From Sphaerodactylus townsendi (taxonomy: Eukaryota), in NCBI RefSeq assembly GCF_021028975.2, contig NC_059430.1, positions 44,268,001 through 44,332,000 on the forward strand: DNA of 64,000 nt. The letters run 5' to 3'. Each line of letters starts with the position of its first letter. Position 1 is the stretch's first letter. A program made the translations under genes and the position numbers. Under the pieces are notes generated by a model. It was not told where the DNA came from, ran no database searches, and saw only the letters and a list, made by a program, of their open reading frames with translations. Below, one piece after another: positions 27,001-37,476 of the stretch.

Positions 27001-30000
27001 GAAAAGCAGTTTTGGGAGAGATCAGGGAAAAAGTCTACTTCCCAGCAGCACTGAACCTAGGTGTAGAAATGGCCTAAGTAGTAAGTTAGAAAATAAGTTT
27101 AAGAACACCAAGACTTGGGACATTTCCATCTCACCTTCTGACGCAGTGTTTCATTTTCTTCTTGTAGGAAATTACTTCTCTGACACTCTTCGTCAAAGTT
27201 CAAGATGACTGGGACAGGTAAGAAAGGTTAAGGATGATCAATGAAATCCCTCCCTCTGGAGGTTCATCAAAGCCCAAGTAGTTTCTAGAAGTGCCTTATT
27301 TTAGGTGTCTTTTGTCCTATTTAAAATTTAATTGTGTCTTGAATCCTAACACTGACTGCCAATTTACTTCCATCTCCATTTTGAGGTGCTAGTATTAACC
27401 TCTTAAGCCTTTCATGATCTGAAAACTTCACATCTGATTTTCTCGACAAACAGGTCAGAGCGGCATCTGTGACCCTTTTTCCATATGTTGTTAGTGGATC
27501 CATGATCCAAGACAGTGGCAGAGGTTGTGGTGCTCTCAGTGGACACTCGAATTTTATGAAGTGTCCTCCCAGAAGCAGTCAGAAAGACACATACACCTTC
27601 AGTAGTTTACAAAAGTGAATACAACAGAGTATATGTGTGTCAGCATGTCATAATAGAGGATCTGCTTATGAAATGTAATTTTTTGAAACTGAGTTTACTA
27701 ATTTTTATTCTGCAACCTGCTTGGAGGCCAGCAGTGTGGAAGAAAAATGGCATTAAAATATTTTAGAATAAATATCATAAAGAACAAGCTAAAAACTGCC
27801 TGTCACCTAAAATTTGCCTGTTTACAGAGGTATCCAGCCACTGGTTTCATTACTGTGAAGTCCTGGACTCTTCACAAGTATTACAAAATACCACACAAGA
27901 GAGCAGTTTTCAGTGACAAGGGAGAAAAATTACTTTTGGGTTCAAGGGTGGGAAAATCCCATGTAAAGCAAAAGTTAGTTGTGTGCTGTTGGTAAGAAGC
28001 TAATAGGCAAGGAAGGGCTCTTTGAAGGCAAGAAGTCAAGAGTACAAGGAAGACAAAAATACCAACAAAAAAAAGATAAGGCTTGGGTTAATTTTCATAC
28101 TTTGATCTACTTTAGATCAACCAAATCTTTGGTAATGGGTATCAACCCCAACTGGCTAAGGTTCACCCATTTTTGTAGGATGTAGTATAGAACAAAGTTT
28201 CTGTGTCTTGATTTTACCCACCCAATTCTATGTGAGTTTAGTTAAAAATATTTACTGCAAAATGAAAGATCTGAATCTGCAGCCTGCAAAATATTAACCC
28301 AGAATAGCCAACTATACAATCACACGCAAAAATTTAACCGTCCCACCCGACTTGAGGAAAAGAGATGAGCTAAACACTCCATATTATTATTTGACATGTA
28401 AAAGGATATGCATACACTGAAATAAGACACTGAGGAAGTTGTGCAGAGACACAATGAATGTGTCTGTCCACTGGCGGGAAAAATATGTGCTGAAAGTAGG
28501 GTTTGATTCTGGATTCGGGATGAAAGGCAACACAAACCACTCCTTCCATTCAGCCTGGTTCTGAAGTTCCGAGGCCTGCTTCAAAAAGAATTCCTGAGTC
28601 TTGTCGTTTCTGGATGTCTAAAAATACATAAAACAGAAGGAGGCTTAAATTTAATTTATTCTTGCTGTAACACAGACCCTAGTTAAAATTACAACAGTCC
28701 ACCAAACAGCAGATGTGTACAGCACATGATAAGACATCCTTTTAATAAAACCATCCTATCTGGACAGAGGCTTGCCACATACCTGTACCGTATGAACGAG
28801 GTAGTAGCGATACAAGCTGATCTTCAACTTGTTCACCGTAGGGCGGTACACATCCTCCAATCGACTGAAAAGGCGCCTCTCAAGGTAACTCCAGTAATCC
28901 CGAAGGGCAGCCAGATCATAACTCTGAACATACTGCTGCAACTGTTCCACTAACTTATCCACCTGAAGACACAGAAAGAAAAACCCCAAGAAACTGTTTA
29001 TTGGGGTTATGCCATTCCACAAACCTACCTCACCTGAGTCAAACTACTGCTCCATTTCAGGGTCTTAGGTAAGAAAGGTATTCCCAACACCTCCTACCTA
29101 AAACTAGAGATTGAATTTCAAACCTTCTGACTCCTACCTGAAACTAGAGATAGAACCTCAAACTTCACTCCCTTTCTATTGCCAAAAATAGGGATAACAA
29201 ATTTAACTGACGGTGTGACAAACAGAGAACCAAAAAGTCTTGCACGATTGACCAAGAGTTTCCAGGGAGATACTCCTTTCAACTATAGCAACAAGGCTTG
29301 GTTGACTAATATTTTCTGTTTGTCATGCCCTGACTGAACATTCACTGTTTCGGGGACTCACTGAAAATAGTGGTGAGGTTGGTATTTGCAGAAATTGCCT
29401 ATCCCCCTTCAAAAGGAGGAATGTCACCCTTGGCATACTAATCCCTCAACTGCGTTCTAGATCAGCCTTACCACAATTTGCCTGGCTCAACACTCTACGT
29501 CCTCCATAATTCAAACATTTAATACTGAGCTTGGCTTTTTACACAGGATTGCTTGAATAGGGAAGGGGAAGGTAGAGAGTAACAAACAGGAGAAGGAACA
29601 TACAAAAAGCAAGGTGAACTTAAACCAGAGTGAGACTAGTAAAAGGACGTTATAAGCAGCCTGGCACATCCAATATATATACTTAAAAGAAGCATCCAAG
29701 CATGGCAGGTGGTTGCAACATTATAATGAAAGCAACAAGGCTAAACGGTGTGGGCAAAATATACTGCAGGCAGAGTGGTGACATTTCCTATTCAGGGAAG
29801 GTGAGTGGACTACAAAGGTCCCTCAAAGGCATGACAGGGTGACTCGGCAATTAAATTTGGCAGCTCCTACTTTGGCGATAGTCAAGGGTAAGATTCTGGC
29901 CACATATGCACCCATGCCTATGCACCTCGTAGTCACAGCTGCAAATCACAATTTCATGGCCTACATATAAACAAGAAATGATCAGCATTTCTACACAGTA

Positions 30001-31148
30001 TTTTTATGTTGTTTGAATTTACAATCCTATAAGGCACGGGACAATCATCATTCCCATTTTTCAAAGTTACCTCTGAGAAAAGGAGAAGCATGCATGCCCA
30101 GCAAAAAGGCATGTGCACCCATGTTTCGGGGGTAATTGCAATATGCTAGTTTTGACATATGAATTGCCAAGCAGGGTATTTCAAGGACAGCCTCCTCTAA
30201 CAACCCAGATTCCTTTCTTATATGTAAGGTGGGAACTGAGGCTATTGAGAAATCTTTCTAGGACTAGAAACTGCCTTCTCTCAAGGAGATATATTAAGCC
30301 TCCTCTCACTGACAAATAGATGCCTCTTTTCACAATTAGATCTCTTACAGTGCAATCCAACAGGACTACACCCTTTTAAACTCTGACTTTCAATGGACTT
30401 TGAAGGGTATAACTTAACTTCAGCTCACACCGCACTAGAAGACAGATCTTTTTGCTCAAACGGATTTTTCTGTTATTGATTAAATTGATTTTCATTTTAC
30501 CCGATTGCCTGCAGTTCTGATTCATATTGCACATTTCATGTTGTAAAGCATTTTGCATGCAAAATAATGAAAAGCTGTGTTCCCATGTCATTTGAAAAAA
30601 AACATGTTTGTGTAACATGGTCAATTTCAGACATTCCATTCTGACACCAACTACTAAGGAGAGCAATTTCCAAAACAATAAAGCATATTCACTACGCTAC
30701 ACAAAAGAAGCTCGTAGAGAAACAGAAGCAGACTGTTGATATGAAACGATTTACATTAGTAATTAGTATTTAAAGAGAAAGGAAGGGCTACCGAAACCGA
30801 AGCCTCTTCCCGGCCAGGCCCATCTAGCCATCCACGCGCTGCAGTACTCGTGCCACAGCAAATACATATCTAGGCACAGCCGTGTTGGTGACGGCTTAAC
30901 TCTGCCATAAAAGAAAAAGCCGGGAGAGACGGAGCGCCGCTGGACCCAACGCCGAGCTGCCCTCCGCACAGCACAGCCCTTCCCGCTTCCCCTCCTCCTC
31001 CGCCGGCACCTTCACGGCTCCTCACCCGAAACCCCTTCTCCTTGTCCGCCTTGATATCCGCATCCAGCTGCTTCAAGGTGGCGGTGAAGCCCCGGAAGAG
31101 CAGATACTCCCGCACCAGCTCGTCCGTGCGCTCCACAGCAGCCGCCAT
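11837..31148 (-). CDS. WDR91: WDR91 (SORF-1 orthologue), Rab7 effector WD40 protein; 15 exons, 749 aa
   Basis: Exons (minus): 31148-31026, 28962-28783, 28617-28410, 27217-27135, 25904-25771, 24443-24266, 23312-23163, 18877-18678, 18318-18168, 17948-17854, 17088-16920, 15075-14967, 13473-13367, 13031-12834, 12001-11837. They sum to 2250 nt with an open frame, from [21 protein letters not shown] to ...[24 protein letters not shown]-stop. Confidence 0.97.
15940..16220 (-). mobile_element. Squam3-like CORE SINE, full length
   Basis: Reverse complement of the 34717-35013 copy (tRNA A/B boxes, CORE, L2-like tail). Confidence 0.85.
19328..19473. mobile_element. Palindromic hAT MITE
   Basis: Core ctccagatg..gaactacaattccca...gggaattgtagttc..catctggag; TIR ...GTTTGACACCCCTG; no clean TSD. 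Confidence 0.85.
19520..19725 (-). mobile_element. Old tRNA-head SINE with CR1-like tail; related copies at ~12130-12320, 20020-20200, 26175-26350, 43520-43690
   Basis: Shared motifs gaagctgc...tcagacc...gtctactc.gactggcagc.gct.tcca and gaacctgggacct.ctgcat (reverse B-box). Confidence 0.6.
19872..19955 (-). mobile_element. Penelope/Neptune-like fragment with a decayed hammerhead core
   Basis: The minus strand reads TCTGACGAAGGAAACTTTGACTCTCAAAAGCTT: CTGACGA is intact, CGAAA has changed to CAAAA. Confidence 0.55.
21032..21097. repeat. (GT)33 microsatellite, WDR91 intron 7
   Basis: Perfect dinucleotide run. Confidence 0.98.
21600..21810 (+). mobile_element. Diverged CORE SINE
   Basis: tRNA-like head (GGTGGCTAAAG..GGTTCTAATCC) and CORE cctacctcacagg.t.gttgtgagga.aaaa. 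Confidence 0.7.
22609..22755. mobile_element. Palindromic hAT MITE
   Basis: TIR (C/T)AGGGGTCTGCAACC; TSD GTCTAAAT (22601-22608, 22756-22763). Confidence 0.9.
25331..25445. mobile_element. Truncated palindromic MITE
   Basis: Starts CAGTGGTGGCGAACC, followed by the shared core through catggccaattggccatg; most of the right arm is deleted. Confidence 0.75.
27218..28409 (-). other. U12-type (minor spliceosome) AT-AC intron, WDR91 intron 3
   Basis: 5' site ATATCCTTT (28409-28401), branch point TCCTTAAC (27234-27227), terminal AC (27219-27218). Splicing restores ...[13 protein letters not shown]. Confidence 0.95.
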
Positions 31149-31400
31149 CGCGCCGCCGGGTCACGGGAAGCCGACTCCTTCAAGCGCCGCCCCGCGATCC
31201 CGGCCGGGTCTCTCGCCCCGCCCCTTTCTCTCCCCGCCTCTCTTGGCTTGACCCTTCCTGTGCCGGAATGCCCCATCGCCAGCAGTTTACTACAGTCGGG
31301 ATTTGGGGAGGGGAGGGGGGTGTTGTCTCATAGAAGAGAGCAGCAGGGCAATCCTAAAAGCCTTTTCCTGGGCGCTGCCGGGCCAAGCGAATGGGCCTCA
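30900..31400. promoter_or_regulatory. CpG island / WDR91 promoter and exon 1
   Basis: High GC and CpG around the WDR91 ATG (31148); GC boxes (CCCCGCC) at ~31216 and ~31232. Confidence 0.8.
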
Positions 31401-31589
31401 GCAGAACTGCAAAAGCTCGGTCTCATTTTTTGCATGCTTGCTTCGGAGCGTTTAAAGGACATTGCGTACATTCACACGTTCAAGTGTTCCTCCCTGAAAC
31501 TGCGGAATAGAAGCCTCGCTGTTAGCATGTGCTCTCTCACGTTAGCTTACACCACAGAGTCAATTCTTCGTATTTTATACCATTCACTT

Positions 31590-31795
31590 ATTCTGTTGGT
31601 TTATACCCCGTCTTTCTTTTTCCCACGGGGTCCCAAAACTGCTCACGTAGTTGTCTCCTCCATTTTATCTTCACAGCCACCCTGTGAGGTAGGTTAGGCT
31701 GAGAAATATGTGACTAGCCCAAGGTCACTCAGCAGGCTTCCATGGCACAATCTGGGTCTCCCAGAGCCTGGTCAGACACTCTAACCACTGGCTCG
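31590..31795 (-). mobile_element. Diverged CORE SINE between WDR91 and STRA8
   Basis: ccctgtgaggtaggttaggctgaga...tgactagcccaaggtcac motif. Confidence 0.75.
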
Positions 31796-32299
31796 TACAT
31801 AGCAGTCAGGAGGAGGGCTATGTGAACTCAACTTCTGGATATAAAGTAAAATTTATGCGTCCTGCAACATCCTCCATACTCAAGGAACATCGGGATGGTG
31901 GAAGAAGAAAGCCCACTAAAAATGGCCATTCTGAAGTCTTAATAACAAGGATCTTCCACACTTCTTGGTGCCAACAGCGTGCGGTTCGCTGTAGGGAGCG
32001 CAAGCCGAGCCAGAGCCAGAGTAAAGCAGGGCTTCTTTTTGAAACCATGTAGTAGCTTCACATGCCAGAGCATTACAAAGCGTCACGAGGCCGGGCTGAT
32101 ATCTGCACTCTCGATCGATTACCTCTTTACTGTTATTGTCATCATCATAAGGCCTGTTGTATTAAGAACTGCTTTTGTAGAAGCCGCAAATTGGGCAACA
32201 TCTTCCTGCGAAATGGGCTAGCCTCACAGCCGCCACATCATGCTGCAGAGGAGAGGCTCTTAAATGACCGCCAACTAAACTTCTGAAATGTAAAAACAG

Positions 32300-33210
32300 C
32301 AACAATGAAGCCCGCCCCCTCCTCATTCCTCCCAGTTCTGTGAGCCGCCGGAGGTGTGACCCAGCCGGTGCTAGCGTCTCGTTTGAATGCGGCCGTCACG
32401 TGCAGTGCCACCATTTCAGGTGGCCCAGTTTGCAGAAACGTGCGCAGATGCATTCTTCTCACTTGCTGGATTTCACCTTAAAACCGGCCCGCGACCGGAG
32501 AACAGCGGGAGCATCAGCATACACCACAGCCTCGTGTGGACAGTTCTGCAAACAGATGCTCGCTCTGAGCGACGCACAACTAGACGCTTATTTCCCTGCC
32601 ACAATCCTGTCTTGCCACGGGTTCTCTTCCTGCTCCATCCTAAAGACAGTTATTAAGAACTAGTGATATCGTTCTTGACCCTCGCGTGGGATATGACTCT
32701 CACGTCTGTTCCCTTATATCGTGTAGGGTTTTTTACGCCGTCTAGAATTGGTTTTTATCTGGTTTTAGCATTTATATCTTGTATTTTGGAATTTTGTATT
32801 GTTTTTATGTGTTTTTACCATATACTGATTGTAAAGCCGCCTCGAGTCCTTCGGGAGATTGGCGGGATATAAATGCAAAGTATAAAATAAATAAATAAGT
32901 TACTCCAGTCTAATCCCTTGCATTTCTATCGGTTTAGATACATTAACTCCCCCTACAATTCCCCTATCAGTTCTCGCTGCCCTGCCTCCCTCCCTTTCAC
33001 CTCCACCTGCTGTTCTCTCCCGCGTTTTTGTTGCCATTTCCGACAGAATCTGGTCCCTAACCTTGGACGTTTTCTATTGGCTGCCAGTCTCACCTCCTGT
33101 GTTCGGATTGGTCACCTCCCATACTGAGCTGCGCTGGTGCTAAGGCAGGAGTGAGTGGGAAGGTAGGGTTGGGGAAGTTGCATTGCTCGTTGCTTGGAGC
33201 AAGGTGAGGG
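32300..33210 (+). promoter_or_regulatory. Candidate STRA8 promoter and non-coding first exon region
   Basis: GC box at ~32311; AGGTGTGA at 32352-32359; CACGTG at 32397-32402; two ATTGG boxes (~33076, ~33107); candidate donors GA|GTGAGT (~33151) and AAG|GTGAGG (~33204). The first coding exon begins with an acceptor, so a non-coding upstream exon is required. Confidence 0.5.
32690..32898 (+). mobile_element. L2-type LINE 3' end
   Basis: T-rich UTR, stem-loop GCCGCCTCGAGTCCTTCGGGAGATTGGCGG and (AAAT)n tail. Confidence 0.65.
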
Positions 33211-34716
33211 GGGATTCCAGTTGGCCCTTGAGGTTATGTTTTGCCTGAGGCACATTCCTCAAAGAACCGTGCAGCACTGACCTAGGAACCAGTCTGCTAA
33301 CTGGACCGAGGGGGAAGATTGGGAAGTTAAAAACCTGGGGGCAGGAGCCCACCACTCGAAAGTGCTTGCTAGGTAGACTGAAAAAGCAGGCATAGAAAAA
33401 GGTGCTAAAGTTTAGCCCAAGGAGAGTAAGAACAGAGTCTGGAGAACAGACAGAAGTTGTGGTAGATATTTTCATACACACAAATCTTCATAAACAGCCT
33501 TTTCCCACTTGTTTGCATTTTTTAAATGCTAGGGTAAAAGCAGCTTTTCTGACAATACAGTGAAAGGCAAATTCGAGGAAAATACACATTTTCTGGAATT
33601 TGCTATTAATAATATACCAATGATTATCAACACCAGTAGGGCTGTCCTCATTTGTTAAAGGTAAAGAGATGAATTTGCCAAAGGAAAGGGGATCAGCCCC
33701 TTAAGTTTAACCCTGCAGTCACCCTGTTGTAGTAAAATCAGAATATTTTATCTAGCAAAAAGAGAGATCACTGGGGAACAAACCATGGATCATTTATATA
33801 ATTTAAAAAAAATTAAGTTCAGACTTTTTTCCATGCACCAACTAAGGTATTGATGGTGGTCTATAAATGTCAGTGATATGCCACTCAGATTAATAGAATT
33901 TTCGTCTGTTTCATTTGAAATATAATAATGGTTTGCAGTTGTTATTGTATAAATAAGGGTGGCCTTGGTCTTTTTAGATGTTTCTTCAATAATATTATAG
34001 GTAGATATGTAGATAAGATAGAGAGTACAAAGTGAGGGGGATTAAACCTTTAAATTGTTAATTTTTAACCATTTTAATCTAATTGGAGATGCAGAAAATT
34101 CATTTTAAAGTGATTGAATATCCTGTCTAGAAAATCAGTAATTCTGGTCTATTAAGGCAATAAGTTTTAACACAAATTTTAGAGGATTAAATAAACATTT
34201 TATGCTGCCAAAGGGGTGGGTAAGCAAGAAGTAGGGAGCACATCCCCTCGAATCCAAGAAGACTTTCTCACAAATATGTGTGCATACAATTTCAGTTTAA
34301 AGGGTTTGGCACAGACAACACAGGACTTGGTCAGCTGATCTTAGGATTTGAAGCTGGAACGTACATGTACAGGGATTGCTTTTTTCCTGGCCCAGATCCT
34401 CAACAACAGCCACACTGAAAAGGCAAAGTTTTAATAGTTTTATCCTGATCCAGTGCTCGCCAACTGCAGATGAGATGCCAGAACTGTGACTGCAGGTGAA
34501 AGTTCAAATAATAGCATGTTTCTAATATGAAAAACCCTCTTCTGCCTATACCACAATAAATGTACCCTTGACTTTTTCCTTATCTCATATATTAAGAACA
34601 AGATCTCTGCTAGGCAAAGTCTCACCTAAATTTCTGCATGCCGGGCTACTGTTAAAGGTTAGAAGAGGAGGGTCATTTTAAGAATTAGGAACTGCAATAT
34701 GTAACATGTAATATGT

Positions 34717-35013
34717 ACCAGTGGCGTAGTGGTTAAGAGCAGGTGCATTCTAATCTGGAGGAACCGGGTTTGATTCCCCGCTCTGCTGCTTGAGCTGTGG
34801 AGGCTTATCTGGGGAATTCAGATTAGCCTGTGTACTCCCACACACGCCAGCTGGGTGACCTTGGGCTAGTCACAGTTTTTCGGAGCTCTCTCAGCCCCAC
34901 CCACCTCACAGGGTGTTTGTTGTGAGGGGGAAAGGGCAAGGAGATTGTTAGCCCCTTTGAATCTCCTACAGGAGAGAAAGCGGGGATAAAAATCCAAACT
35001 CTTCTTCTTCTTC
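34717..35013 (+). mobile_element. Young full-length Squam3-like SINE
   Basis: A box GTGGCGTAGTGG, B box GGTTTGATTCCC, CORE, (CTT)n tail; flanking TAATATG duplication. Confidence 0.88.
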
Positions 35014-35039
35014 TAATATGCCCTGATGTGTTTGGCCTG

Positions 35040-35165
35040 ACTAGCTGGATCTTGTCAGATCTCGGAAACAAAGCAGGGTTGGGCCCGCTTAGCACATAGA
35101 TGGAAGAGTATCAAGGAAATCCAAGGTCACTAAATAGAGGCAGGCAATGGGAAACCACCTTAGAA
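35040..35165 (+). mobile_element. 5S rRNA-derived SINE
   Basis: GATCTTGTCAGATCTCGGAAACAAAGCAGGGTTGGGCC resembles the 5S rRNA internal promoter and is followed by non-5S SINE body. Confidence 0.65.
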
Positions 35166-36335
35166 TGTCTCTACCACCTATATATAGATTCTTCCTTAAA
35201 CAAGGACTCTCAGTATTAGCATAATTGATGTATATGTAAATCAAATCAAAATGGCAATCTTTCTTGTCTTTGCATAATGTACAGAATGTACGTTTTCAGC
35301 TATATCTTGTTTTTTCACTTCCGACTGCCAGGCTATCTCCAATATAATTGACATTTTTCCAGCCAGCCACTGTAGCTATGTCTTTACCTGCAGATAATTT
35401 GTTTACCTTAGTGCTTTGAAAAGTGTCACCAACTTCTTTTCCCAAAGCATGTTGTTAAAAGCACATGAGCAGGCCTGGCTGAGTTTTTTCATCCACTAGT
35501 TGTCCTAACCTTCCACTTTGCCATTGATTTGCACCAACCTCATTTCAGAGAACAATTACTTCCAGGCCTGAATTTTGAGAGAAGCTGACCATGGTTCTTA
35601 CCTATAACAAACGTGCACAATTTTAAAAAAACATGTTGGAGCTGATGTAGTCAAAACAAGGGCAGATTTCAACAGGGCTGTTAAAAACATGCTTAAGTTT
35701 GCCACAAGGAAACCCAGGTGCTTGGAAAAGGAATGAAAATAAGATACCTCAAGATTTTCACATAAAACCATTACTGCTTTTTTATTAGACCAGTTTTAAC
35801 CACTTCATTTGACTTACTTGGTAGGAAAAAATGAAATTATTCAATTTTTCTATAATTGATTTTAAATATTGTTTGGACTTGAACAGTTTATTAGTAAATG
35901 TATTTTATATACATATTTATAAAATTCATGATATAATTGATAGTGAGGCAAACATTTTAAATCTTGTAATCATTAAAGCTGAAAACTAGTGATGTTCATT
36001 TTTCTGTGCCTTTAACCCAGCAATTTCATGTTAAATGTAAAAGTGTATTCTGCAATAATATATATAGTTAAAAGTATTTCCCAATGTTTATGGAAGCAGA
36101 AATAGCATTTTAAAAACATTTTCTTTGTGTATACATGTATATGTAGAAATGACAGTAAAACCATTTTTGAAAACTTTGTTCCACAAAAATCTGGAATATC
36201 TAAAAGTGTTTTAATGTTAGTTGGATTGTATGTATCATGTAAAAAAAGTATTTCCCTTCAGTCTATTAATCTGTTTAACCATGCATAAAAAGTAATGTAA
36301 AATTAGTTTCTGTCCATTTTTAGTACAAGGTAAAA

Positions 36336-37342
36336 TCCTACCATAAATAATTGGCTAAGGGTTCGAACATCCAACGATGAACCCTTAGCCAATTACCATG
36401 CAGGACGCATGCCTGCCCGAGCATGGGCAAGGCATGCCCACTGGCCCACACCCAACCCCTCCCAAACCTACCTGGCCCTGTCATAGCTTCCCCGCACCCC
36501 AGCACAAACAGCATGCCAGCCTCTGGGCCAGCACCCATGGAGCTGCTGCTGCCCCACAGCCTGGCCCAGGCTACTCCAACCCCCCCAACCCAAACGGCAC
36601 GCTGGGCTCTGGAGCAGTGGCTGGGAAGTCACTGCTGCCCCAGAGCCCGCCCTATTCCTCCATGATCCACCCGCCCCAAATACCCAGAATCCCCCTGAGC
36701 TCTCCCAACCTTCAGAACACCTGAGAACCCTCCCCAAAAGCCCTCCAGAATCCCCCATCCCGAATCACATAGCCTTCCGAGGAACACCCTCTCCATTCCC
36801 CCACATGCACTTCCTTCTCCCAACCCTCACACCAAGCGAACAGCCTCCCAAACACCCAGGCCCTACCTCCTCACAAGACAAGCAACCTGCCCCCCTGAGG
36901 AACAACTTCCCAAATCTCCTGCATGCTCTCTCTCCTCCCAACCTCCAAAACAAGCAACAACCCTCCCCAAACCCCAACAAATCCCAAAAGAATAACACCC
37001 AAGCCTCCTCAATTGTCCCCACATATCTCCCCTTCCACCCTTGGACCAAACAACCACCCTCCCAGCATGCCGTACCCCCTCCCCACAAACAACCCCTCCA
37101 ACCAGCCAAGGAAGAGCCTCCCAAATCCCTTGGCCGCACTCCCCCTCCCAAGTAACAAGCACACAACACAACCCCCCTTACCAGTGCCCTCCTTAACACT
37201 CACCAAGGCACACTGCTCCCATGATCTTCTCTTCAGCAACTCTTCAGCTGCCCATGGAACGAAGTGGTGAGTTGGGCCCCCCATGCCCACCCCTTTTTCT
37301 AGAGCCCATTTTATTTGAAACCAAAATGGGCTTTGGTGCTAG
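36336..37342 (+). mobile_element. Non-autonomous Helitron-like element in STRA8 intron 1
   Basis: A|TC start (36335|36336), CTAG|T end (37339-37342), subterminal hairpin AGCCCATTTT/AAAATGGGCT (37303-37312, 37323-37332), no TSD. Confidence 0.75.
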
Positions 37343-37476
37343 TTGGGTAACAATAAGGCAAGGTGTTGACTTTAGGAACTGTATGACAAATGCCTTGTAG
37401 TGGTTGTCATCCATAATGCAGATTTACTTTTTAAAGTAGTCCTGTTCAGCAGAACAGTATTTTATTACAGCTTTTG

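Noticed and set aside
31248-31697. 149-aa ORF divergent from WDR91
   Set aside because: Non-ATG start, runs from the promoter into a SINE, and has no recognisable domain.
34717-35165. tRNA or 5S rRNA genes
   Set aside because: The Pol III boxes are SINE heads followed by SINE bodies; no complete cloverleaf or full 5S sequence.
36398-37290. Pro-rich and Gly-rich ORFs upstream of STRA8
   Set aside because: Low-complexity body of the Helitron-like element; no supporting splice structure or homology.
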